A stretch of 63,274 nt of DNA, filler included. It is 5 parts of 5 records of this genome, joined end to end, with 100 filler letters (N's around TTAATTAATTAA, not from the genome) between each part and the next. Parts side by side here need not be neighbours in the genome. Positions count along the whole stretch, not along the records: positions 27,906 to 59,438 come from SRR20825010_1704; 4 more parts are not named here. The stretch is one strand, 5' to 3'. Made by a program: the position numbers and the translations under genes. The notes beneath the pieces were generated by a model that worked only from the letters and a program-made list of their open reading frames with translations, made no database searches and was not told the DNA's origin. This document shows, in pieces, positions 39,885 to 48,439 of the stretch. Each line of letters starts with the position of its first letter. Positions within the stretch are counted from its first letter, which is position 1.

Positions 39885-40352
39885 TTGACCAGAAAAGATC
39901 AGTCAAAATTGACGGGCGTTACATTTCTAGCCGGACTTATGTGTTTCATTGCTGCGCCTAATGCGCTGGCGAGCGATGCCGCAACTTTGGAAGCGGATGA
40001 GCATGTGGTCCAGATTGGTGAAACAGCCACGTTTGATATCAACTCTTCCTCGGTTGCTTCATCTGATCTTCAGGCATGGTGCGAAGTGTCAACGTCCGGA
40101 CGGGCAAGTTTGATGTTCGACGCTGAACATTACGTCCCTCTTTCAGAGCCGTCAGTTGGAGATGTGGTGAGCCTTTCGACCGGCGAGACCCGTCGTTTTG
40201 AGTTACATGGAACGGTGGAAGCCAATCGCGGAGATGCCTATGTCGCATTTGCCTTTACCGGGGTGCCAACAGCAATGTGCTTTCCTGGAATGCAATGCGA
40301 TGGTGCGACGGCGGGGGCTAGTTCTGTCAAAGTCACTTGTGACAATTACTGA
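39885..40352 (+). CDS. Secreted beta-rich hypothetical protein
   Basis: Signal-like segment ending ALA; four Cys in the mature part; TTG start with GGGAG RBS. Confidence 0.6.
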   Translation: MTRKDQSKLTGVTFLAGLMCFIAAPNALASDAATLEADEHVVQIGETATFDINSSSVASSDLQAWCEVSTSGRASLMFDAEHYVPLSEPSVGDVVSLSTGETRRFELHGTVEANRGDAYVAFAFTGVPTAMCFPGMQCDGATAGASSVKVTCDNY

Positions 40353-40922
40353 TCAGAAATAGCGGATAAGCATGACTACCGGTGCGACCCAACCCAATGC
40401 GGCCAACGCATAAGCATCATGACCGGGCTCCGGCGGGACGAGAAGAAATGTTCCGTTTCCAGATGATATAAACCGACCAAACCCGCCTTTCTCTCCGTCA
40501 AAGGCGACAAAGCAATCTTTGCCAACGGCGCGTTTCAATTCAGTCCCTTGAATTCTGTCGGCGATGACGATGTCGCCCGCGCAGTAGTTCCCCATATTCT
40601 CGGCAATGCGAATGGCAATTGGATTTTTTGCCAGGGCGTCAAGTGTGATGTCCTCGTGTGCCAAACCCTGCTGAACGGACAATGTTCCTGTCCGATCAAT
40701 TTTGCCGACACAGGGTATGCGTGAAGGTGTCACGCTCTCCGGTATCAGCTCTGTCACCGGCACATTGTAGATCTCCGCAAATCTCCGCAGCCAGCTCATC
40801 GAGACATTCATATCAGCGGTTTCGAGGCGAGAAATTGTGGCCGCAGTCGTCCCAAGCAGTTTTGCCATTTGAGCCTGCGTGAGACGGCGTAGCTGCCGAT
40901 GATGACGAATGCGAGTTTTCAC
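40353..40922 (-). CDS. XRE-family phage-repressor-like regulator (RogA-like candidate)
   Basis: RIRHHRQLRRLTQAQMAKLLGTTAATISRLET HTH plus an S24-like beta C-terminus; divergent from the gafY/gafZ-like pair. Confidence 0.8.
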   Translation of the reverse strand: MKTRIRHHRQLRRLTQAQMAKLLGTTAATISRLETADMNVSMSWLRRFAEIYNVPVTELIPESVTPSRIPCVGKIDRTGTLSVQQGLAHEDITLDALAKNPIAIRIAENMGNYCAGDIVIADRIQGTELKRAVGKDCFVAFDGEKGGFGRFISSGNGTFLLVPPEPGHDAYALAALGWVAPVVMLIRYF

Positions 40923-41021
40923 ATGCCTTGCCTTCAGTTGCGCTGAATCAGCGACGAAACTTACATGAATTTATCCCCACCATGTACGAAACGCGTAATT
41001 TTACCATAGGAACCATGGGGT

Positions 41022-41036
41022 GTTCTTGTAATGTTC
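41022..41036. promoter_or_regulatory. Alphaproteobacterial LexA (SOS) box
   Basis: GTTC-TTGTAAT-GTTC, an exact GTTC-N7-GTTC, 34 nt upstream of the gafY-like start. Confidence 0.7.
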
Positions 41037-41070
41037 GTATTGGATGCGTGAATATGCTGGGAGAGTCAAT

Positions 41071-41493
41071 ATGCCGGATGTAATTTGGGAGGAAAAGAAG
41101 GGAGATGTGAGGTTGCCAACAGTTTTGGCAATTGCTCCCAGGTTGGTGGGCAAGGATCAGCGCCGCGGCTGCGATATCGAGAGCAGAGCACAGGTCACAT
41201 TGGCCCAGGAGGTTGTAGCCGTTGCACTTCATATTTCGGTATCTGAGTTGAGAGCGCCTACACGGAGACAGGCACCAGTAGCACTGGCACGGCAAATTAC
41301 GATGTATCTACTACATGTGTGTTTTGGGTTCAGCCTGTCTGCTGTCGGGCGTTATTGCGGGCGGGACCGGACCACTGCGGCACACGCGTGCCGCCAGATC
41401 GAGGACCGACGAGATGACCCGGCATTCGACAACTTGATGGACCGACTTGAATTCGCATTGCATGCCTTGCCTGTCGGGACGGTGCGCCAATGA
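41071..41493 (+). CDS. gafY: DnaA domain IV-like HTH protein; GafY-like GTA activator
   Basis: ALARQITMYLLHV..SLSAVGR..GRDRTTAAHACRQIEDRRDD with no AAA domain; ATGA-coupled to the DUF6456 gene. Confidence 0.72.
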   Translation: MPDVIWEEKKGDVRLPTVLAIAPRLVGKDQRRGCDIESRAQVTLAQEVVAVALHISVSELRAPTRRQAPVALARQITMYLLHVCFGFSLSAVGRYCGRDRTTAAHACRQIEDRRDDPAFDNLMDRLEFALHALPVGTVRQ

Positions 41494-42254
41494 TAGACTT
41501 GCCTGAACGTGAGTTAGATCGCGAATTGCGCCGCATTCTGCGTCCATTTTCTCAGCCTGGCAGCTTCGTATGCGCGTTGAACGATAAGGAATATGGGCTA
41601 TTCCTGAAATCTGGCACGCGCAAAGCACCATTTCTGAAAATTACTCCGCGTATATGGCGTGCTTTCGAACTTCGGGATCTGGTTGTCGGGTCCGCCGACG
41701 CACCGGAACCGCGTTGGACCCTTTCAGATGTGGGGCGGGCCTATGCGCGGCGATTGCAATGTTTGGATGATCCCTTCAGAGCACAGCACCAGCAGCGCAC
41801 CGAACAAATCATAACGATGGCGGGCAAGTCGCAACGAGTATTGTTCAACGAGGCGGAGACTTCATTGGTTTGGTTAAGTCGGCGGAAGACACCAGGCGGA
41901 CAACCAATGGTTTCCAAAATTCAACTCGAAGCGGGGGAGCGCTTACGACGCGATTTTACGATAGCGCAAATGGATCCGCGCGTTACCACGGACTGGAATT
42001 TTTCGTTCGTGGCGCGCTCTGCGGGCGCGAGACCGCGCGATCTTGCGGATGTTTCTGATACGGTGCTAGCGGCGCGGCAGCGGTTGGCCAATGCACATAA
42101 GGCCGTTGGCAAAGGGTTATCCGATGTGCTGACAGAAATCTGTTGTCACCAGCGCGGTCTGGAAGAGATTGAGCGGCAATTTGGTTGGCCACGAAGATCG
42201 GGCAAAGTTGTCTTGCAAATCGCTCTCGATCGCTTGGCGGAGCATTACAACTGA
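41490..42254 (+). CDS. gafZ: DUF6456 protein; GafZ / GafA C-terminal-like GTA activator
   Basis: NEAETSLVWL.RRK, AGERLRRDF..AQM.PRVT.DW and CC..RGLE..ER..GWP.RSGKVVL.IAL.RLA.HY. Confidence 0.75.
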   Translation: MIDLPERELDRELRRILRPFSQPGSFVCALNDKEYGLFLKSGTRKAPFLKITPRIWRAFELRDLVVGSADAPEPRWTLSDVGRAYARRLQCLDDPFRAQHQQRTEQIITMAGKSQRVLFNEAETSLVWLSRRKTPGGQPMVSKIQLEAGERLRRDFTIAQMDPRVTTDWNFSFVARSAGARPRDLADVSDTVLAARQRLANAHKAVGKGLSDVLTEICCHQRGLEEIERQFGWPRRSGKVVLQIALDRLAEHYN

Positions 42255-42274
42255 GAGATTAAAGTCGGATCGGT

Positions 42275-42706
42275 TTATGCGCCTGCCAACAGCGAGGCGG
42301 CATCTGATTTGACACGCTCGACCATTGAATAGAGACCGTTCGAACGCTGCGGAGAGAGATGCTCGTTCAAGCCGAGCTTTCCGAAAACCTCGCGAGCATC
42401 AATGCCAAGGATTTCTTTGGCGCTTTTGCCGGAATAGATGCGCAGCACGATAGCTATTAGGCCGCGGACAATAAACGCATCGCTATCACCACGGAAGGTA
42501 ATGCTTTGTTCCGGGGCATTGTCGTCAGGCTCTGTAACCAGCCAGACCTGACTGACACACCCTTGTACCTTGTTGGTATCTGAGTGTTCGGCATCACTTA
42601 GCGGTTCAAGCTCTTTTCCAAGCTCGATCACATAGCGATAGCGATCTTCCCAATCATCAAGGAAAGAAAAATCGTCAATTAGGTCTTCAATACTCATCGG
42701 TCGCAT
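42275..42706 (-). CDS. sufE: SufE family Fe-S cluster sulfur acceptor
   Basis: DDWEDRYRYVIELGK, VQGCVSQVW, GDSDA.IVRGL and LSPQRSNGL. Confidence 0.93.
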   Translation of the reverse strand: MRPMSIEDLIDDFSFLDDWEDRYRYVIELGKELEPLSDAEHSDTNKVQGCVSQVWLVTEPDDNAPEQSITFRGDSDAFIVRGLIAIVLRIYSGKSAKEILGIDAREVFGKLGLNEHLSPQRSNGLYSMVERVKSDAASLLAGA

Positions 42707-42754
42707 TTCTCTTGTTCACAGACAGGAGATAGACCCCGAAGCCTAAATGCACAA

Positions 42755-42783
42755 GCGCCGCCCGGAGAAATACCGGGCGGCGC
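42755..42783 (-). terminator. GC-rich hairpin, probable terminator of the DUF5330 gene
   Basis: Perfect 11-bp stem GCGCCGCCCGG-AGAAATA-CCGGGCGGCGC; weak U tail. Confidence 0.55.
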
Positions 42784-42830
42784 AAAGCGGAAGAGCAATA
42801 GGAAGAAGCGTGTAGCGCCTTCGGGCCGAA

Positions 42831-43241
42831 TTAGGCTCCGGTCAAATCTGCCTTGCTGAGCGGACGGGGTGCAGCGCTCACTGCCTTCGGTTCAGGTCCG
42901 GTTTCCTGCGATTGGCGGGCTTTTTCTGTGAGCCAGAGGAAGGCTTGTCCACCGTAATAGCTGCCCTGACGGGCAACATGGGCAACGATGGCGCCCCCGC
43001 GAGAGCAAACATCCGGATTTCGGTCACAAAACCCCAGCACATCTCCGGCTGATTGGGCCGCTAGGGAAAGCATCTCGCCCGCATTTACATCATCGTCCGC
43101 TGAATTGGCGGCGTCTTTTGTATAAGCGGCGGGGATGGCGCCATTGCCAGATTCATTTTGGGCTGTGGCCTGCATCCCTGCTGTGGGCAGGAGGAAGGCA
43201 AGAACTGTAAGCCAAAAGGCGGCTCGGAGAATGAATGACAT
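42831..43241 (-). CDS. DUF5330 domain protein
   Basis: FILRAAFWL.V...LP and D...FCDRNPDVC; adjacent to sufE as in other Alphaproteobacteria. Confidence 0.8.
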   Translation of the reverse strand: MSFILRAAFWLTVLAFLLPTAGMQATAQNESGNGAIPAAYTKDAANSADDDVNAGEMLSLAAQSAGDVLGFCDRNPDVCSRGGAIVAHVARQGSYYGGQAFLWLTEKARQSQETGPEPKAVSAAPRPLSKADLTGA

Positions 43242-43523
43242 ACTGCTGTTCCTTTCGCATCTCGTTAGCGCAAGGCTACGTCGCCATCCGTAGGTGCCAA
43301 GTTAAATGAATAGATAAAATGCAGTATTACTTGAGATTTGAGTCAATTAAATTCTCTTATGCTTTAAGTTGTTTTGTATATTTACTTTAGTATTGATATT
43401 AATTCTCGTCGAATTTTTTGAAATTACTTATAAAATTTGAATCTGATTTTTCTCAAATCAGATTCAGACTTGTTTCAAATTGCTTATATCCCTCCGCTCT
43501 CCTGCTATTTTTTGAAAAGTTAC

Positions 43524-43560
43524 AAAGAAAAAGCCCCGCGGACCCAAGGTCGGCGAGGCT
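43524..43560 (-). terminator. Rho-independent terminator
   Basis: 13-bp stem with one mismatch and one G-U pair, followed on the minus strand by a U-run; lies just after the stop at 43584. Confidence 0.65.
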
Positions 43561-43583
43561 ATAATCTTAGTTGCAGGGCGCGT

Positions 43584-44657
43584 TTAGTGCGTGCCGGGCA
43601 GAGCAGCGGACCAGCAAGCACGGATGTCTTCTACAGCGTGGGTGCCTGTGCACCATGCTTCCTCGGAAGGGAAATGGGCGGCCGCAACGCACTGATTGAG
43701 GTTCAGCCGCGCCCAGTTGAGGCAGCTTGTTGTTTCATCTTTGCCACCAGAAATCGGAACAATCGGAGCTGACATGATCTCGCGGGCACCGCGGGCCAAA
43801 ATTTTGGCCATCACATTATAGGAATAGGCTTGGGCTTCCGAGATTGGTGACAGAGCCGCGAGGGTTGTGCTCAAAGTGTCGGTCGGACTTGCAGCTTTCG
43901 CTGCCTTTGTTTCTGGCTCGGTAGTGAGGGGTGTATTCATACCCCATTTCTGCTTTTGGAATTTGAAAGCCGTATCGATAAAGCGTTTACGCAGTTTGGT
44001 CAGGCGGGCGTCTTCTGTCTGAGCCGATACCATAACGGCAGAGATGGCGGCGTCAGCGCCAGGCATACGCATGACATATTCTGGGTCATTTAAAGAACCG
44101 AGAAGCTTGGCTTCGCCATGAATGCGCAGTTCATTGCGAACGCCTTTGGCAAACACCGCCGTATTGGCCGCTGTCATGGCGCGGGCAGCATACCAGCCGT
44201 CAGCCAATGTTTCGGGTTGGCTGAAACGCAACGTCTTCAGAACCCGCCGGACTTCCTTGGGTGAATTGAGTTTGCTGGTTTCAGCAATATTAATTGCCTT
44301 GTCGAATTTGAAATACGGGTCGGCAATCCGGGAAAGCGGCATACCGCGCGAAATTTCGCTAATGCCTGCACGAGGATCAATGGATGCGACGAGGACATCG
44401 CGGTTGCGAGGGGACATGAGAGGAATAGGAATACCCGCGCTGGCTATGCTGCCACTGTCATATCTATTGCCTGCCAGCATATTGTCGGCCGCGGGCGAAG
44501 GAAGGGGCACTGGCGCCGCATTCATTTTGTCCAATGAGGCCGTGTCGCCTTGAATGACGGTACAACCTGAAAGAGCCAAAGCGAGAATTACCGCACTTAG
44601 CCCCATCCGACGAGCCGGACGAAGGGCCGATTGGCCCAGGCGCTGTTCACGACGCAT
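43584..44657 (-). CDS. Hypothetical lipoprotein with 4-Cys C-terminal domain
   Basis: Lipobox LSGC; CLNWARLNLNQC...WC.G.H....C. Confidence 0.7.
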   Translation of the reverse strand: MRREQRLGQSALRPARRMGLSAVILALALSGCTVIQGDTASLDKMNAAPVPLPSPAADNMLAGNRYDSGSIASAGIPIPLMSPRNRDVLVASIDPRAGISEISRGMPLSRIADPYFKFDKAINIAETSKLNSPKEVRRVLKTLRFSQPETLADGWYAARAMTAANTAVFAKGVRNELRIHGEAKLLGSLNDPEYVMRMPGADAAISAVMVSAQTEDARLTKLRKRFIDTAFKFQKQKWGMNTPLTTEPETKAAKAASPTDTLSTTLAALSPISEAQAYSYNVMAKILARGAREIMSAPIVPISGGKDETTSCLNWARLNLNQCVAAAHFPSEEAWCTGTHAVEDIRACWSAALPGTH

Positions 44658-44830
44658 ATGGTACTCCCCTATGGACCGGCAATTAATCTATGCGCACAAG
44701 CCATTGTTCATTTATGAGCCAATGACGGCGCAGGTAACTGGTCTGTTGCAAGTCTAGTGCCCCCTCGAAAATTGGGCAAATGCATAAGCATGGTAAGCTT
44801 GGGTAAATCCGGTCAATAGGGACACAAGAT

Positions 44831-45181
44831 ATGGGTATGGAGGCAGCGCCGAGGCTAAAGGCGGAAATCTGGGTCAAAGCGCTGATCCGCCGCTGCGAGG
44901 TAGCCGGAGCGGCCGCCATGGTTGTAAGGCGTGGCGATTCAACGTCAGGTGTTGTGCTGGTCAAAGTCAACCGTTTGGATCGAACGGCTACTGTTTTCAC
45001 CCCGGCGCGCGACGGTGAGGGCGCTTTTGTCTGGTTGCGTGGCACCGGCGTAGATCCGGTCGATGAGGCCGATGCTGACGCCTATATCGAGCGTCAACGC
45101 AAATTCGATCCCGACCTTTGGGTGGTCGAGATCGAAGATCGTGCTGGGCGGCATTTTCTGGACGAACCGATCGCAGGATAA
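44831..45181 (+). CDS. DUF1491 family protein
   Basis: RLKAEIWVKALIRR..RRGD..G and RQRKFDPDLWVVEIEDR.GRHFL. Confidence 0.88.
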   Translation: MGMEAAPRLKAEIWVKALIRRCEVAGAAAMVVRRGDSTSGVVLVKVNRLDRTATVFTPARDGEGAFVWLRGTGVDPVDEADADAYIERQRKFDPDLWVVEIEDRAGRHFLDEPIAG

Positions 45182-45202
45182 GGCAAACCGGCTGTTGGTG
45201 TT

Positions 45203-45421
45203 TCAGGGACGCATGAATTCGAAATCTTCATCAGGGTCGAGATGTTCAATCGCGGTTGTAAGTTCTTCGCGAATATCCTCGATTGTTCTGCTTTCGCGCC
45301 AAATGCGAAGAACCTGCTCAAACATGATCCGGCCCAATACGTCGCCGGGTATCTGCAGTTCACTGGCTTCTTTCAGCATGGCGTCTACATGAGGGGTCAC
45401 AATGTCGCGGGCATTGGTCAT
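45203..45421 (-). CDS. Small hypothetical protein
   Basis: Acidic 72-aa ORF ending LDPDEDFEFMRP; GAGAG RBS. Confidence 0.6.
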   Translation of the reverse strand: MTNARDIVTPHVDAMLKEASELQIPGDVLGRIMFEQVLRIWRESRTIEDIREELTTAIEHLDPDEDFEFMRP

Positions 45422-45624
45422 GGCACTAATTCTCTCAAAAAATATCAATGTCTGAATCTTGGCTGAAGGCCCCTCTTGATGCACCTGTCATGTTGTCGCG
45501 TTGACTGAAAATGCATGGGAATTGGGGGCTGAACACGTGTTCTTACTTAGTCATTCTTCTCTATAGGATGACATTCTGCCCCGTCTTGGAGTAGGGTCCG
45601 GCCCATTCGGAACTGGAGACGACC

Positions 45625-47232
45625 TTGAACACGACCGCCGCCGCCCGACCAGGCACAATCGAAGACGAAGTGAGCACACGCCGCACCTTTGCCATCATTT
45701 CGCATCCTGACGCGGGCAAGACAACGCTGACTGAAAACCTGCTTTTGATGGGGGGTGCCATTCATCTAGCTGGTCAGGTGAAGGCGCGCGGCGATAGCCG
45801 ACGCGCCCGTTCGGACTTTATGAAGATTGAACAGCAGCGTGGTATCTCGGTTTCATCCGCTGTGATGACCTTCGAATATGAGGGTATCACCTGCAATCTG
45901 CTCGATACACCGGGCCATGAAGACTTTTCCGAAGACACTTATCGCACGCTGACGGCAGCCGACAGCGCCATCATGGTGATTGATGCGGCAAAGGGTATTG
46001 AAGCCCAGACCTTGAAACTTTTTGAGGTATGCCGCCTGCGCGATGTTCCAATCATCACATTCATCAACAAAATTGATCGTGAAAGCGTCAGCCCGTTCGA
46101 GCTGATGGATGAGATTTCGTCAAAACTCGCGCTCGATTGCGCGCCGATGATTTGGCCTGCCGGCATGGGCGGTTTGCTCAAGGGCATCTTTGATCCCGAG
46201 CAGGACCGCTTCATTCCTTATGATCGCATGAATGAAGGCAAGGAAGCGACGCGCCTGAGTGGTGATGAGGTCATCAATTATATGAGTGCGGCCGAACTTG
46301 CCGAATTCCGGGAGGAAATGGAACTGGCGCGCGAAGGGTCGCCAAAATTCGATCTCGAGGCCTATCGTGCAGGACATCTGACGCCTGTTTATTTTGGAAG
46401 TGCTTTGCGCAAGCTTGGCGTGCGCGAGCTTCTGGATGCAGTAAAGAAATTTGCTCCCACACCGCGCCCTCAACCATCATCCGCGCGGCTTGTGCAGCCC
46501 AATGAACCGAAAGTTTCAGGCTTTGTGTTCAAAGTGCAAGCAAACATGGATGCGAACCATCGAGATCGCATTGCTTTCATGCGGATTTGCTCAGGGCGTT
46601 TCAAGCGGGGTATGCGACTCCGAGTGTCCGGCTCGGGCAAGACCATCGGTATTCACAATCCGACCCTCTTTTTTGCGCAGGATCGGGAGCTGGCGAGCGA
46701 AGCGTTCGCCGGTGATATTATCGGCATTCCCAATCACGGTACGATCCGCGTGGGGGACACTCTGACCGAAGCCGAAGAAATGACCTTCACAGGTATTCCG
46801 AATTTTGCTCCGGAAATCTTGCAGCGTGTGCGCCTTGACGATCCGATGAAGGCAAAGCATATGCGCCGCGCGCTGGAAAGCCTTGCGGAAGAAGGTGTGA
46901 CGCAGGTTTTCAAGCCGCAAATCGGCGCTAACTGGATTGTTGGGGTGGTGGGACGTTTGCAGCTTGAGGTTCTCGCTGCGCGCATCGAAAGCGAATATGA
47001 AATCAAAGTCGGGTTTGAAGCTGCACCTTTCGAGACCGCTCGGTGGGTGATGTCAGATGATCCGGCAGAGATGAAGCGTTTTGTTGAGGCCCATAGAGGC
47101 AATATGGCCGACGACCGCGATGGCGCTCCAGTCTTTTTGGCAAAGAGCAATTGGGAGCTGGGATACACGTCGGAGAAGTGGCCCAAAGTTAAATTCTCTG
47201 CGACACGCGAGCGCGCACCCGTCACTGAATGA
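45625..47232 (+). CDS. prfC: Peptide chain release factor 3
   Basis: RRTFAIISHPDAGKTTLTE, DTPGHEDFSEDTYRTL and FKVQANMD..HRDRIAF. Confidence 0.97.
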   Translation: MNTTAAARPGTIEDEVSTRRTFAIISHPDAGKTTLTENLLLMGGAIHLAGQVKARGDSRRARSDFMKIEQQRGISVSSAVMTFEYEGITCNLLDTPGHEDFSEDTYRTLTAADSAIMVIDAAKGIEAQTLKLFEVCRLRDVPIITFINKIDRESVSPFELMDEISSKLALDCAPMIWPAGMGGLLKGIFDPEQDRFIPYDRMNEGKEATRLSGDEVINYMSAAELAEFREEMELAREGSPKFDLEAYRAGHLTPVYFGSALRKLGVRELLDAVKKFAPTPRPQPSSARLVQPNEPKVSGFVFKVQANMDANHRDRIAFMRICSGRFKRGMRLRVSGSGKTIGIHNPTLFFAQDRELASEAFAGDIIGIPNHGTIRVGDTLTEAEEMTFTGIPNFAPEILQRVRLDDPMKAKHMRRALESLAEEGVTQVFKPQIGANWIVGVVGRLQLEVLAARIESEYEIKVGFEAAPFETARWVMSDDPAEMKRFVEAHRGNMADDRDGAPVFLAKSNWELGYTSEKWPKVKFSATRERAPVTE

Positions 47233-47257
47233 TCTGCCAGTAACTATCTGAGGACCG

Positions 47258-48439
47258 ATGACTGACTTTCCTGCCGAGTTTGTGAATTTCTGGAATCTTG
47301 TCGTAAGCGTGTGGCAGACCGGGGTCTTTGGTCGCAGCATCGGAGAGCTCCTGATCGCTCTTTTGATTTTTGGCGTTTTTTTTACGCTGCGTGGTCTTTT
47401 TGCGCATTACATACTCGTCGTTCTGGATCGCTGGGTCGGCAAGACGAAAAACACGTTGGATGACGCTTTGCGCGATGCGGTGGTCGATCCGCTCAAATTC
47501 CTCTTTCTTATTCTCGGTATTTTCTTTGCCACGCAATACCTGTCTTTTTCGGGTAAGACCGAGTTGCTATCCGATCACGTGAACAGAACGCTGATTGTGG
47601 TCGCGATATTCTGGGTGTTGCGCAACGCGGTTGAGCCGGTTGGCGATTTTTTTCGAAACCTCAATCATCTGCTGACACCAGAAATTGTGGACTGGATGAT
47701 CACTGGCGCACGCGTCGGCGTGATATTGATCGGTGCTGCGACCATTCTGCAAATCTGGGGTATTCAAGTGGCCCCGATTATTGCGGGTCTTGGTCTTTTC
47801 GGTGTTGCCGTTGCATTGGGCGCGCAGGACTTGTTCCGCAATTTGATTGGTGGTGTATCCATTCTGATCGAGCGCCGTTTCGGTTTCGGTGACTGGATCA
47901 AGGTGGACGATGTTGTGGAGGGGACGGTTGAAAAAATCGGCTTCCGTTCGACCTTAATCCGCCGCTTCGATAAAGCACCGGTTTATGTGCCAAACCAGAA
48001 GCTTTCCGACAGCGCCGTCACCAATTTTTCGGCGATGACCTATCGGCGGATTTCATGGTCAATCGGGTTGGAGTATCGTACCACGCATGACCAATTGCGT
48101 GTTATCCGCGACAAGATCGAGGACTATCTCACGTCTAGCGGAGATTTTGTCCAGTCGCCCGAAGCCGCTATGTTTGTGCGGGTGGATGCATTCAATGCAT
48201 CTTCCATTGACCTCATGGTTTACTGCTTCACATATACCACTGTCTGGGGCGAATGGCTGGAGCTGAAGGAAAAACTTGCCTTTAAGATCAAGGAGATTGT
48301 CGAAGACACGGGTGCAGGCTTTGCCTTTCCGAGCCAATCGCTCTACGTCGAGACGGTGCCTCCGAGCAAAGACGAGCTTGTCACGCGTCGTGAAAATGCT
48401 GACGCGCTCGGCATACGGGCGGCGACGTCTAACGATTAA
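47258..48439 (+). CDS. MscS family mechanosensitive channel
   Basis: GLGLFGVAVALGAQD, GDWI...EGTVEKIGFRST and FAFPSQ. Confidence 0.92.
   Translation: MTDFPAEFVNFWNLVVSVWQTGVFGRSIGELLIALLIFGVFFTLRGLFAHYILVVLDRWVGKTKNTLDDALRDAVVDPLKFLFLILGIFFATQYLSFSGKTELLSDHVNRTLIVVAIFWVLRNAVEPVGDFFRNLNHLLTPEIVDWMITGARVGVILIGAATILQIWGIQVAPIIAGLGLFGVAVALGAQDLFRNLIGGVSILIERRFGFGDWIKVDDVVEGTVEKIGFRSTLIRRFDKAPVYVPNQKLSDSAVTNFSAMTYRRISWSIGLEYRTTHDQLRVIRDKIEDYLTSSGDFVQSPEAAMFVRVDAFNASSIDLMVYCFTYTTVWGEWLELKEKLAFKIKEIVEDTGAGFAFPSQSLYVETVPPSKDELVTRRENADALGIRAATSND

Noticed and set aside
40353-40922. Prophage call from the CI-like repressor
   Set aside because: No integrase, structural or replication genes; the flanking genes are core alphaproteobacterial genes.
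41071-41493. dnaA / replication origin call
   Set aside because: Only the domain IV-like HTH is present. There is no AAA+ domain, no dnaN context and no DnaA-box cluster seen.
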